Positions 25,568 to 38,637 of a stretch of 64,000 nucleotides of DNA are shown piece after piece. Origin of the DNA: Rhizodiscina lignyota (Eukaryota); NCBI GenBank assembly GCA_010015805.1, contig ML978128.1, positions 372,001 to 436,000 on the forward strand, read 5' to 3'. The translations under genes were made by a program, and so were the position numbers. Each line of letters begins with the position of its first letter. Position 1 is the stretch's first letter. The notes under the pieces were generated by a model. The model did not search any database. It was not told the DNA's origin and was given only the letters and a program-made list of their open reading frames with translations.

Positions 25568-26716
25568 ATGGCTTCTACAGTAATGGATGACACCAACGAA
25601 GTATCCATGCCTTCAAATCAGGCTGAAAATACCGAATCCATGGATCTATCAACGGATGCGCCAGAGCATCTCGAAGATGATATCGAGCTAACCATATTAC
25701 ATCATGGCAAACCGCATGCCTTCAGCTTCTCGTCTTCATCTTCTCTGCAAGACCTTTCCGATATTGTCGCCGCAGAGTTCTCCATCCCCGAATCAAACCA
25801 GAAGTTCCTCGTCGCTCCAAAAGTCGGCCTCCTCAAGCCTCCCTTCTCCGAGTCGACCGTAGAACTCTCCTCTCTCGTCGGCAAGAAGATCACACTCATG
25901 GGTAGCACGACCGCCGAAATCAATACCATACAATCCAACATCGCCGCTTCCACTTCATCCGCCGCCCGTAGAGGCGGTCGTCAAGGCCCCGTCAAAGCCG
26001 CCACTCCATCGCGAACGCGCGACTGGAAGCGCGCAAAAGAAGAGGCAGAATATACATTCCACACGCTCCATCCTCTACCTTACCTCCCCCGACCCGAGCG
26101 CTCCCTCCGCTTCCTCGAGATCCTGCGCGACGACCCAGGCATCCGCGCCGCAATGCGCACACACAAGTTCAGCGTGCCACTGCTCACAGAGATGGATCCC
26201 GCTCAGCACACGACGCACGAATCGCGCACGCTCGGGCTGAACCGCAACCGCGGCGAGGTCATTGAGCTGCGGCTGCGGACGGACGCGTACGATGGATACA
26301 GGGACTACAAGACGATTCGCAAGACGCTGTGCCATGAGCTGGCGCATAACGTGTGGGGCGAGCACGATCGCAACTTCTGGGACCTGACCAAGCAGATCGA
26401 GAAGGAGGTCGAACGGAACGATTGGACGAGGGGTGGGCATCGGCTTAGTAGTGAGGAGTTTTATAATCCGAATGATGGGGGGTATGAGGAGGGTGTGGCG
26501 GATCATGGAGGGTGGACGGGTGGCGAGTTTGTGCTTGGGGGTGGTGGGAGCAACTCTGGCGGCGCGGAGACTTCGACGGCTGCGGCTGGTGCGAGTCCGT
26601 TGAGTCGGAGGGAAATCCTCGCGAGAGCTGCTGAGGAGAGAATGAAGAAGGCGAAGGATGTGGAGAAGACAGCGGAACCTGGACGCGAGGGAAGTTCGTC
26701 TTCCGATGGGAAGTGA
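25568..26716 (+). CDS. Ubiquitin-like + WLM zinc metalloprotease (Wss1/Wss2 family)
   Basis: N-terminal UBL-like segment (ELTILHHGK...QKFLV...KKITLMGS). WLM core LGLNRNRGEVIELRLRTD and HELAHNVWGEHD (HExxH zinc motif). Confidence 0.9.
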   Translation: MASTVMDDTNEVSMPSNQAENTESMDLSTDAPEHLEDDIELTILHHGKPHAFSFSSSSSLQDLSDIVAAEFSIPESNQKFLVAPKVGLLKPPFSESTVELSSLVGKKITLMGSTTAEINTIQSNIAASTSSAARRGGRQGPVKAATPSRTRDWKRAKEEAEYTFHTLHPLPYLPRPERSLRFLEILRDDPGIRAAMRTHKFSVPLLTEMDPAQHTTHESRTLGLNRNRGEVIELRLRTDAYDGYRDYKTIRKTLCHELAHNVWGEHDRNFWDLTKQIEKEVERNDWTRGGHRLSSEEFYNPNDGGYEEGVADHGGWTGGEFVLGGGGSNSGGAETSTAAAGASPLSRREILARAAEERMKKAKDVEKTAEPGREGSSSSDGK

Positions 26717-28724
26717 TCAACTTCTGTCTGAAACCTGCTCATTGCATAGCGTTGGCGTTTGGAAAGCGCCCTTTGGTATGTCAACTATCATAATTCCTGT
26801 CATGTCAGCCGCATCATTTGCGTTGTAATTCTCAAGCACCTCTTGCCAGCGAGCATCGTTCATCCTTACCACCAATAGTTCTGCAGGAATCATGGTTTCT
26901 TTAAGGCCTGGATAGACCGATCCAGCCTCCAGACTCTCAACAGTGTGGGATAAATGAAAATCAATCAATTTGACTTCTCCAGTTCAGTCGAACGTCGAGA
27001 ACAGTGGATCAAACTCGTCGCTGGCACGTCGGAGTCTCGTCCCTTTCGATCATTCGGGATTCAAGTGGAGAAGCATAAACTCAATTGCTGTTGGAGTGCT
27101 TCAACTGCACCTACTCAGCGCAAGAGCTCTAGCACGCCCTCTGGCAATAGATGAATCATTTGTTTAACCGGCGGCCCGTCATGCCGGCCAACTAGAACTA
27201 ACCGACCTGTAGCGCGCGGGTGTCAAATGGACGCCACGAAGTAAGTAGCTTAAACTCGTTTGTGGAAAGGGGTTAACTTTTTTCGAGTCAGATACCATAT
27301 GCACGCGTAGTCCAGGATTCGTTGTTCCATACCCCCTTGCAGAACGTGGAGACACGCACCTGCATGCATGCGGTGCGTCTGCGGGGGTCTTGACTCTTGG
27401 ACTACACCATGTAGACTGGCACTTCTGGCATATCGGAAAAGACTCATTTCGTGACCAGGATCTAGTAGCGATGCTTTGACCAGTGTTTCTGAAAACGGCA
27501 GGGGAATTTTTTCACATCGATTTCTCATCGACGACAAAGATGCGCTTAGCGATGAGCGCGTTAGTGGAATTTCAAAGACTACAGTGTAAAGGATTGCAAT
27601 TGTACGGAATTTCCGAGCTCCTTCTGAGAACGGTCTTTTCTGTGGCGATCCGTGGCATCAATTGAGGGCTTAGAGCTCTCAGTGCCCATTCGTACAGTGT
27701 ACTGAGACCTCAAGTGACCATTCCATTCAAATACGTTGCTTTCACTAAATCTGCCAGGGCGTAAAAGGGCCCTCCAGATATAATCAATGTTGTCCTCCTT
27801 CGGGAGCATTGGAGCTCTGCGCTAGCACAGATAGATCAAGCAAGCGCTCCTTCAAGGTGTGGCTCTGCCCTCCATCTTCTACCTCTGGCACGACTGGAGC
27901 TCGAGAGGCGACATCGCTCCCCTCCGACTGTCGGATGACACGTTTCTACCAGCAATGCTATCTATAAAACAATCACCATGTCAATCCCAGAACTCTACTG
28001 GAAGTGCAGTATTCCCACTGCTGGCAGAGCCCGGAATGGCTATGGAAAAAACGAAGCGCTGGAGCGGATCGTGATCTCCATTGCGGCCGAGGAATGAAGC
28101 TGTAGAATCAGCCACGGGCTTTCGGAGTTATCATACAAAGGATAAGATGTTGATTTTCACAAAGCCTATTGGAGCGTAGAAAATGACTCCGTGTATACTC
28201 AAACACATAATATTTCGTCAAGGTCGTTAAACATACTGTATACACAAGTCAAGTGACTTAGCGAATTCAAGATCTCGTGTACTGTGTGCAGAATCCTCAA
28301 GTGAGTGTTCCCTTGAAATGCAGTGATTTTCACCGAGTCTGCCAGAACGTGGAAGGAACCTCATGGTATAACCAAGCTTCTCCTCCTCCGCCGGGAATGG
28401 TTTATGTACAGAAGTCGAAGAAGTTTCAAAGTGGAGGCTCAGACCATGCCGACAACGCTCTAATTGGCACATTGGTACTGTGCCTCTTAGACTTGTACCA
28501 ATATGATCGGAGAAGATGTCAGTGGTCGAGTGGTATGGAAGGACGGTAGTGTTTTTTCAGCGAGAAAGCGTAGATAGAAGCTCGAATATCAAAGTCATAT
28601 CCCTCCATCTATCGACGGGCTGCCCACGAGGGAGGTTGATCGTGTATTGGACTATTGCCGAGCAATGCATGAACTGTAAATCGGCGCCTCGGCAACTCTG
28701 GGTCAACATAGAAGTTGCTTGGGA

Positions 28725-31014
28725 TCAGTACTTGTAGTGTTGGATCACAACAGGCTCCGGCTTCTGCATGCTCTCGGGAATCAGTTGGCGGTCGAAGCTG
28801 CTTAAGCTTCCTGAGCTATCCGGCGGAGACGTGTGCTTGTTCACGTAGCTCTTCTCCGTCGGGCGGAAGATCTCTCGCGGGCCAGAAAGACCGCGGATGA
28901 ACCATGGGAGCTCGCCAGACGGTTTGTCTGAAGAGGTGAAATGTTAGTACTGAGCTGCATATCGAAAACTCGGAAGCGACAAAGCCGGAAAGGACGAGAA
29001 TTAGTGCATGTGGTAGAATGAACTTACAGGTCCAGTACTCCTTGTTATCGTAATCATCTGGGACAATGTGGCCGCGTGTCACGAGCTTCACGAGATACGT
29101 GAGGCCGTTGAGGATAATGTATGTCATGAGGCCACTACACAGCGATCAGTAAGAAGTTCTGAGGGGGTCGAGAACTGGGGAAACTCACGCAATGACGCCA
29201 TATGCAATTGAATAGCTGAATGGGATAAAGAGCAAAGTGACAAACGCCGGTACGGCATCGCCGATATATTTCCAGTTGATCGAGACAACCTGGCGCATCA
29301 TCATACAGCCGACCTGTGAGTCTGTTAGTAACGAAAGAGGTTGGAGAGTGACAGAAGATACACACCAGAATCAGCGTGCATCCAGTAGCCCATGGCGGGA
29401 TGGATGCAAAGATTGGCGCGAAGAAGATCGAGATGAAGAAACACAAGCCGGTGGTGACAGCTGTAAGGCCAGTCTTTCCACCTTCGGCAATGCCAGCGCC
29501 GGATTCAATGAATGCAGTCACAGAGGAGGTACCGAACAGTGCTCCAATCGAGATGGAAAAGGCGTCGGTGCAGTAGGCAATCGTCGAGCGAGGGAAGTCT
29601 CCAGTCTCCTTGTCGACTACACCGGCATAACGAGCCATGCTGTAAAGTGTACCCGTGCAATCTGTAAACCGAATTTAGCCATGTGGGGGACTAGAGACTG
29701 AAAAGAGGTTCCTTACCTATGATGTCCACGTAGAGGAAGGTAAATAAAGCAAGTGCGAATTGGCCAGGGGCTGCGCCGATGTTCCAGTCGATCGCGTTGA
29801 GGGTGTTCTGAATTGGGTGGAACGTTACGACGTTCTTGAAGAAGTCGAATAAGTCATCACCCTCTGGCGTGTGGGGAAAATACGTAAACGAGGTGGAACG
29901 ACTGTCACAAGTTAGCCCTCGGTGTCGACTGGGTCTGCATGAAACTTACGGCCACGAGATGATGGAGACGACGAGGATGCCTATTATTATTGCACTTTTT
30001 ACCCTGTAACACATCAGGAACGCCGTGAGGATGCCACCACACAGGATCCCGATCCACATCTAACGAAAAACGAGTTAGTGCTGGCGAGAAGAGATATCGT
30101 AAGGGCCTGCTTACCGAGATACTGCGCATCTGGTGGCTCGTACATGCACCAGTAGTCGCATCGATGAACTCTGCCGGACATCCCGCGATGGTCACTGGAT
30201 TGGTAGTGTCGCCAGATATTGCGCCAATACCTGCAGATCCGGAGAGGCCGATCTCCGCCAGGAAAAGGCCAATGCCGACAGCGCTCGCAATCTTAATCGA
30301 AGTCGGTAGCAATTTGACAAGCCACTGACGCATTCCGATCAAGGCGAGGAAGACGAAGATAAAGCCCTCGATGAACACAGCAGCGAGAGCAAGTCGGTAA
30401 GGAACAGGTCCGGTGCCATGGTAGCCAACAACTTGGTAGGCGAAGTACGCGTTGAGTCCCATACCAGGAGCAAATGCCACGGGCAGGTTAGTGAATAATC
30501 CGAACATGACCGAAGCGAGGCATGATATGGCCGAAGTTGCAGTGATGAGATCTCGGTTTACAGCTAGAAGCTCCCAGTCAGTTCACATTGACATTTATAC
30601 GATGAAATTGAGACACTGACCATTCAAGCAGGCATTATAGTTAGGATCCGAAGCACAAGTCGGGTCTTTCGCATCTGTACACACGCATGTACCGCCACTG
30701 TCTGTCAACACAAGCGCCTGGTCGGGATCAGCAGAGTATTACCATAAACAAGACATTGCGACTCACGTTGACAGAGATGATGTAAGCCATGGTGAAGAAG
30801 GTGGTGATGCCAGCTCGGACTTCAGTCAAGAAGTACGAGTTTGGGATTGCTTTCTCCTATTGAGCTACGTGAGCAGGCCGCATTCGTCCAAGGCACGCGC
30901 TGGAAATCGTACATGACCTGAACCTTCGAGGCGAAAGATGCGTCCTACGATCGACCTGCCAACTGCGTGGTTGAGAACGCTGATGGTGTTCTTGGCGCTT
31001 TTGGCACAGTCCAT
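28725..31014 (-). CDS. azgA: AzgA-type purine (hypoxanthine/adenine/guanine) transporter, 10 exons
   Basis: EVRAGITTFFTMAYIISVN, APGMGLNAYFAY and FIESGAGIAEGGKTGLTA motifs. Nine canonical introns; the spliced frame ends at TGA 28725. Confidence 0.9.
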
Positions 31015-32469
31015 ACTTGCGGGATTGACGTACGATAGATGAGAACGTGTATAAAGACAAATTGAAATGCCCAGACAACAACCAGGAAGTACTAGGGACT
31101 GTACAGATATTGAAGAATGTACGACTTCCCAGCAGCCACGATAAATGTGTGAGACTTGAACGATACGAGAAAGGGAATCTTTGATAGCCCGCCTGTACTA
31201 TATAATCAATAGTCCCAAGCCACAGCTAGATCCCCTTTGCAGAGCTGCTGGAAGACAAAGTTGGCACATGCTTCAAGATGCAGTTGACGACATTGACAGG
31301 CTTGTCTAGCTACGCGGACCGGTGCGCAAAGAGGGGAATACGGTCCGTGGAAGAGGATAATGTCGAGTCGGTCGCTGGGCTCGTGCAGCAATATGGAGCA
31401 GAAACTTCGCGCCATTGTTTCAATAGCTAGCGATGCTTGCCGTCGATCTTGAGCTTGACAAACGCCGCACCCACCGGCATCCAGACCGACTTTCTGAGTG
31501 TCTCTGTTGGGAGGTGGAAGGCCGTTGGCATTTCGAAGATGCTTGCACGATGCGCAACGGTCTCTGCACGGGGCAGTGTCTGAGCCGTGTCCCGAAATGC
31601 AAGCTGCAAGGGGCACTGACTAATTCGGAAAGGTGTGGGGAAGTCCCTGACTCGCAATAGCACTAAAAGGACGATGATACAAGCGCATGCACCCCAAAAG
31701 CTTCACGCCACGCCTGTCCAAGTAACTCATGGACTGGGTCCTGTCGCAGACGTCCTGTAAGGGACGCTCACCTCCCTGCTTGGCCGGCTTCCGCGCTGAC
31801 TTGACTCGGATGGGAGGCACGGCTCGAACGGGCGAAGCCGAAGATGGCGAAGATCTGATCGATTAAGGTTCTAAACAACCACGACGCATTTCCGCCGGAG
31901 TGCTACGATATCGCAGGGATCGTTCAGCGCTCTACACATCTCGTGTGGCAGCGGCGTGTGCCATGCTTCGTGCGATCCTGCTCTCCGGGGGCTGGTGCTA
32001 GCCTCCATTTTGCAAACTTGCTGGACTTGTCAATCTTTGCCTCATGAATGACTTAGCGAGCCTCCACGTGCGGCTTGCTCGCTTCGCCAGGCCTACAATC
32101 CAGGCACTTTCCTGTGCTTGACTCGCATACGGCACTTCCGAGCTGTAGGATAGATGAGCCACGAGGTTTGCGCGGCGGGAGAGCTCGATCCATACTCTCA
32201 TTCTTCGACTTCATTCCCTGTCAAGCAACTTCATGAGACATAGCTTGCGTGCTTCGTCAGAGCACCCTGAAAGGAAGCTATGTCTGGCGCCGTTTCTTGG
32301 TTCATTGCCCTCCGTGGGTCCCTCGCTTGATATCAGCTCTCCACCGACAACTTTGATTTAATCCCAACAGGAACGTTCTTGAAGATACGATCCGCACGTG
32401 GTCTGCATTGCGCCGCCCTCAGAAAACCCAATTTACAAGCTTTTCGGGTTCCATTTCCTTCCTCTACTC

Positions 32470-34888
32470 ATGTTCACCGCGGATCTCACGTGGGACACTG
32501 GCCCAACTGAAAAAGTGGGAGAGCGCAGAGAGCGCAAAGAGAGGCAAAGAGCAGAGTCCGTCAATAGCGGTGACCAAGCAAGACCAAGCTCTACAAGCTC
32601 TGGCAGACGCTGGTTGAAGTCTAAGAAACCATCTGAAGTTTCTGCCACCGCTATTCCATCGTCCACTTATGCGCCAATCTCACATCCAGAAACAACATCA
32701 ACATTGCCGCTATCCTCACCAGCGCCGGGGTATGTCGGTGAAGCAATTACTCCATCCCGCACTCGTAGTAGAAAGCAATCAAGGGCGTCAAGGAAAGCGG
32801 TACCACCCCCGGATCCACTGAACGCCAAAGATCCATTAGAACAGCCGGACTGGACATTATCTGCGACATTGAATTCAGGAAGACTACCCTCCGGCGCTCC
32901 TTTAGATCCCCCCAGAAGCCTTACACGACCAAGCAGCTCAAGACCGGGATACCACGGACAGATAAATCCCAGTATGTCTAGTTTCCATGCTACCAGACTA
33001 TGCTGATGCTTTCAGATTACACTTTCGATCAGAAAGCCTCTCATCAGCAATGGGTTGCACTTCTCAAGGCTCACGATCAGAGTACTCAAATTCCATATGG
33101 GCAAGGTCAAGAAGAACGTGTTCGACCGTCTTATGAGAGCCGAGATGACTCCGAAGAAGTATTGTTGCCCTCAGAGCAATCCATTTCAAGGACCACAGGG
33201 GTTAGTGGCTCTGTCACGTGGTTTCAGACGTTCTCATAGCTAACCTCAGTCAGGTTCGAGTCAGTGGAGAAGAGAATTGCACAGATGGTCCTTATGAGCT
33301 TCCCGCGTGGGATGTCCGAACCAGGACGAGTTTGGTTCCGATGAGTCCTCAGAATTCGCCTCTACCAGTCCGGAATCGACTTCCACTACATGGGCAAGGC
33401 CACAGAAGATTGCGCAGCGTAAGCTCGGCATACTTTGTCGAGACACGACCCATGTCCTCAGCGCCTGGGTTAGAACGTAAAGATGAACCAAATGCGGTAC
33501 CCTCGCCTGCGCAATTAACCTCACTCTCCATACCCATGGAGGCTCTGTCTCTTGATTGGAACGACTCGGACTTCCTGCCTCGCACGGCCGTTGACCAGGT
33601 ATCTAATCAATCTGATTGGAAACCACCAAATGACTGGGAAATCATGGAATCATCCAAAGGAGAGTCGGAAGAGAGCTGCAGGACTTCAAGCCTGACAAGC
33701 TCATATCCGGATGATTCATCAACGCATAACTCTAGCAGAACGGCGGAGCAGTCGCACTTCCAGCGTTTCGTTGGCCGCATGGAAAGCGCAGGACCCAAGG
33801 TCGTCCTTGACCGCTTGAAGGAGGACTGGAACGGCCCAGTAGATGATACTACACGTGACGAGCTGGAACTCGAAAAGCATCTATGGGCATTAACTGCACT
33901 GCAACTCAAGAATCTCGACAGGTTCGCTCAATCCGCACAAAATATCATAATGCTTCCTCAGCCAGACGCCGCCTCAAAGCGTCGACGACGTATTCTCGAG
34001 CTCGGCGGTAAACTTGGTAAGCCTTCTGGATCTCCATGATCTTGATGATGATGAACTGATCTTCTCCCAGCCGAGTTGTATCAGCTCTCCGCAATCTTCC
34101 CAACAGCAGCAATCCACCACCTCACGCTATCAACTCGCGTTCCGTCGCCAACATCAATTCCACTTCCCTCGCAAATCACCCACACCCACACCGTCGCGGC
34201 GACCACATGCAACGAGCCGTCAACTCTTCTCCCACTCCCCTACGCTTCTAGTACCCTCACCCATATCCGAAGCTCCGTGCTCCCCGCTCTTCTCCCGGTC
34301 GCCCAAGTTCCCGACCTCCTGTGGGAGTGCCACCGCGTGCTCATGCCCGGTGGGGTCTTGGAGCTGCGTATCGTGGAACCGTTGCCGGAGCGCGGCACGG
34401 CGGGACCCAAGATGCGAGCATGGCTCGACGGGCACTGCAATCTGGAGAGGCAATTCCGCAATTCGCGGCTCAGTACGTTAATCGAAGGATGGGTTGGTGG
34501 TGCAGGATTCAGGGTTCTCGGTACTAAGGGTGAGAGGGAAGGCAGGGAGCACGGATTGCAGAGATGTCTGAGGCTACCCGCTGCAGTCGCGAGCGAGGTG
34601 GAAGGGAGAGTTGTGTCGACGAGTGCGTCTAGCAGTAGGACTGCATCGGGATGGTTTGACGAGGGGGCTTTGATTGATGGGTATGCAGATCCAGATGTCG
34701 ATGCGCAGGTTGGCAGTTTGGTGTTGAGGGCACTTTGGAGGGATGTCTGGGGCGCGTTCGTCTACACAAGTTCGGAGAACAGGAGTGCGAGATGGTGGTG
34801 GCAAGACAATGAATTGCTCAGGGAGTGCGCGGAATGGGGCACAGTGTGGGAGTTGGGTACGTTAGTCGCAACCAAGGCAGCATCATAG
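32470..34888 (+). CDS. Long disordered N-terminus + class I SAM-methyltransferase-like C-terminal domain, 4 exons
   Basis: Starts MFTADLTWD..EKVGERRERK. Introns at ~32972-33016, ~33202-33253 and ~34017-34070. C-terminal ILELGG, LPY.SSTL and LWECHRVLMPGGVLE motifs. Confidence 0.7.
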
Positions 34889-35190
34889 ACAAGCATATAT
34901 GGATACCCGAATTACCTAAGTCACTTCAGTGCCTATATATCAAATGTTCCTGGCGAGCGAGCATACGTTTGATTATATATAGCAAATTCAACTCTTGCTC
35001 TTGAGCCTGAGCTGAAAGCGTTTATGGTATAACTGAGCACTGACTAAGCGGCCCTCCCCTCCCTGTCGCCCAGATAGGCAGTGGTGATCCCCACATTACT
35101 CGTAAGCTGAAATCAAGCTACGTCTATGAAGGCTAGGAACACAAAATTCCCATCATTTTCATGACTTGAAGAGTTCGAATTTCGCACAGA

Positions 35191-36360
35191 ATGACAACTG
35201 AAATCCGCACAAGATGTTACTGCGGCACTTCTCATTTCACCTTCACCATCCCCACCTCTCTTCTCCCGCTCCCCGCGAACCTTTGCCATTGCAACATCTC
35301 TCGGCGCATCTCGGGCACAATCTGTACTTCATACGTCGCAATTCCTCTTGACTGTCCACCAACACCATCTCAATGGCAGAAGACACTGACAGCATACCAT
35401 TCGTCCGATATTCTGACGCGATGGTTCTGCACGACTTGCAGCACACAAATGTTTCTGGAATACGCGAAAGACGGGCAGCTGTGGACTTCTACGGGAACGC
35501 TAGACGCGGAGACGTCTGATGGGATAATCAAGTTCACGGGCCACATGTGGATCGAAGATACGACCGACGGTGGAGCCAGCGACTTTATCCCGAGTGTCGA
35601 TGGGAGCGCATTGAAGAGATGGCTCGTCGCTCCGGAACAAAGCCCTGAAATCACTCTCGGATGGAAGGACTCCTCCCACCAACCTCGCACATCCGATGAA
35701 GACGCTCCGCTAAAGGTCCACTGCCACTGCAACACTGTGCAACTTCTGATAACCAGGCCCAACGAGCGATCATTGGACGCAAGCTCTCCGTTCCCAGACC
35801 TTACGCACCCTTCCAAGTCCGCCCACTCGCCAAATCCAAACAACGAAGCCTGGTGGATCTCCAAGGACAAGAAACGCTATCTCGCCGGCACCTGTGCATG
35901 TGAGTCTTGCCGGCTGCATACCGGATTTGACATCATGTCGTGGTCTTTCGTTCCAATGTCAAATGTCACCTTCACGGATGGGGCGGCCATTAAAGGTACG
36001 AACGATGGTCTGGACTCGGATCCACGCATTAACCAGATGATGGGGATGGTTAAGAGCCCGACGGAGGAAGGGACGAAGAGGCATTTCTGTCGGAAATGCG
36101 GTGCTACGGTGTTTTGGTGGGGTAGTGCGAGGCCTACGCTCCTCGACGTTGCGGTGGGACTGATAGATGCACCGACGGGGGTGAGATGTGAGGAGTGGTT
36201 AGAGTGGCATGGCGATAGGGTCAGCTTTGCTGAAGAGGCCTTCAATAAGGCACTCATCAAAGGCCTTGCAGAAGGCCTGAGGGAGTGGAAACATGGGAAA
36301 GTAGCTGAAGAGCGTAAGGGAACTGCTGCGGAAGCTGATTCACAAGTGCATCCAAGTTGA
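35191..36360 (+). CDS. Tandem GFA/CENP-V (Mss4-like) zinc-binding domain protein
   Basis: Two Cys-motif sets: CYCG/CHCNISR/RWFCTTCST and CHCN/CACESCR/RHFCRKCGA. Intronless, 389 aa. Confidence 0.9.
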   Translation: MTTEIRTRCYCGTSHFTFTIPTSLLPLPANLCHCNISRRISGTICTSYVAIPLDCPPTPSQWQKTLTAYHSSDILTRWFCTTCSTQMFLEYAKDGQLWTSTGTLDAETSDGIIKFTGHMWIEDTTDGGASDFIPSVDGSALKRWLVAPEQSPEITLGWKDSSHQPRTSDEDAPLKVHCHCNTVQLLITRPNERSLDASSPFPDLTHPSKSAHSPNPNNEAWWISKDKKRYLAGTCACESCRLHTGFDIMSWSFVPMSNVTFTDGAAIKGTNDGLDSDPRINQMMGMVKSPTEEGTKRHFCRKCGATVFWWGSARPTLLDVAVGLIDAPTGVRCEEWLEWHGDRVSFAEEAFNKALIKGLAEGLREWKHGKVAEERKGTAAEADSQVHPS

Positions 36361-36371
36361 AATTATGAACG

Positions 36372-38069
36372 CTATACCATGTCGCGAGGTACAGCCCGCC
36401 GCTCATGTCGCGACCTTGAACGCACTCCTCCTCGTCTCAGTGACAGGTGTCTTCTCTCACTTCTTCCTCTTTCCCACGTGGCCTGCCTCTCTATTGCATT
36501 CCAACCTCCCTCGTCTCTATCCTCTTGTTTCTCAGGCCACAAAATCTGCTTGAGAATCACAGCTCTGATCATCACGAAAACCACGAAAAACCAGAATATG
36601 ATCAGCCCAATCGTCATGACACAGCCCAATATTTCGATCGGACGGCTGTTGTCGAGGGCTTTGGCGACTGCGAACGTGGCGGTTGTCAACGCTGTGTTTG
36701 GGAAAATGAAAGAGAACCAGGTCATCGCGAACTCCATCCTTCCGTGCGTTGCTGCGCTGAAATGTGCCCCTACAGACACAATGAAGAACCAGAGCGCCAG
36801 GCCCCATAGCCACAACCCCATCCAATTCGCCATTATCTCGCTGACTTGTCCTGCGAGTTTGCCATTGCCCATGAAATCGTCAGGGACCACTGACGGAAGG
36901 ACGTGGCCCATGGAAATGATACCGGCGATGGTGAAGCCACTCGGACCAACACTGATGAACATACCGGGTCGCGTGGACTCCGCGGGAAGCTTCTGGGTCA
37001 TGAGCCGGTAGATGAAGGCTGCATAAACCATGAGAGATACTAAGAATCCGATGCCCTGAAGGATAAAACCCCCGATGATGATATCTAAGGCACGATCCGC
37101 AGAGACTTTCGCAGACAGATTGCCCGCATGTGGACCTATTATTAGGAGCGGGTAGGCCGGGAAGATCCAGACAGGTGTCATTTGGGCAATGGTGTATGTT
37201 GTCGTAGACCATCTGCGAATATCTGTTAGAACATTCTGAAAGCACAAAGTCCTGGGGAAAGGAAGGGACTTACATCATAAGATAGATGCCACAAGAAAAT
37301 ATGACTGCTAATGCACAATCAATCCAATACATGATAATCATAGTCTTCGTAAGCCACTCTCCTGCTCCATTTCCAACGCCATACTGGCTAATGTTTATAA
37401 GGATGGTGCCAAAGCTGATCACAAGTGCCGGTGTGAAAAGCGACTCGGTCGGATGCGTTAAACTTGCCCGGAAAGTATGCGGATAGTAGTAAAAGCGGAA
37501 GCTTATCATAGTGCAATTGAATATGAAGAGGACGATGTTGAGCAAGAAGAATATACAGCCAATCGCGTAGAGGCCATGGAAGCGATAAGGGTCAGGCACT
37601 GTAAGGAGGATAGTCAGACATAGCTCTAGACGATGATTTGAGCATCGATATCATTCTTCGCACACATACCTTTGTACAAAACATTGGCAATGCCTCCAGT
37701 TGCCATTGTCATCGTGAACCATGTCCATGTGAAATGCTTCACCCTCTCCCTAAATTTCAAATGCTGTCCGCTCGGGACACGCAGTGTGTCCCCCTCCTTC
37801 TTTGATGCATGCTTCTTCTCAAGTTCGAGTTGCAGTACCTGACCCCCCGAATGCAACCTGATCGGTTTCCGGCGCGGAGGCCGTTGAGAGGTTGGTGTTA
37901 ACGGCAGCCCAGAAGACGTCGATGTCGGATCAGACGCCTCGCGCTCGACGGGGCCCCCGGTATTCTGAGCGGTGATTCGTTCGTCGGTATTTCCGAAGTC
38001 TTTCTTTGTCGTTGCTCGCATCAACTGATCATCAACCGAAGTACTGCTCATATCGTGGCGGCCGGCCAT
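36372..38069 (-). CDS. C4-dicarboxylate/malic acid transporter (Mae1, SLAC1/TDT family), 3 exons
   Basis: [51 protein letters not shown] and WFSFIFPN motifs. Introns at ~37668-37600 and ~37273-37213. Confidence 0.92.
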
Positions 38070-38637
38070 CTTCGTAGGTGCCCCTTGGACGTGGGCATGT
38101 CGGAAGAGCGACAGAGTGTGAGGTGTGGGAAGGCGAGGACGTAGCTCCCATGGCTATCAGTGTGAGCAGGGAGCGAGGCTATAAATCACGAATGAAGGCG
38201 GGTAAGATGCCGCCAATAGCGGCGGTGAGTATCGTGGCCGCCGATCGAATTGGCGATGCTGAGCGAAGCGTCGGAAGCTCCCGAGCATTCCCCGGATGCA
38301 TGGAAGTTCACGATACTTGGCGGTTACTGATCTGTAAAGCTGTAACCATATTCCTAATCTTGCTGATTAAATTCAATTGAACCCAGCTCCAGCCCCTTTG
38401 TGGAGCTTCTTAGATAGAAGTACCTGTCAAAGCTTCCAATTTTTGAAAATCAAATGCTAGGAAAACAGCGCCGTGCAAATGCCGCTGGATCCGAATCCCA
38501 GCCCAATTCCCGTCAAATCGCCCTTGCAAATGCGATCCATTAAACCACCGCAGAAGCGCCGAGACAAACCGAGCCCTTTCCAGGATATCTAAACTACCAA
38601 AAAGAACCCTTAAGCTGCAGAAGAAAATGCGGCACGA

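Noticed and set aside
31033..31190. GATA (AreA-like) sites near azgA
   Set aside because: Short common motif lying between the putative TATA (~31200) and the ATG. No UaY-type TCGG-N6-CCGA site was found.
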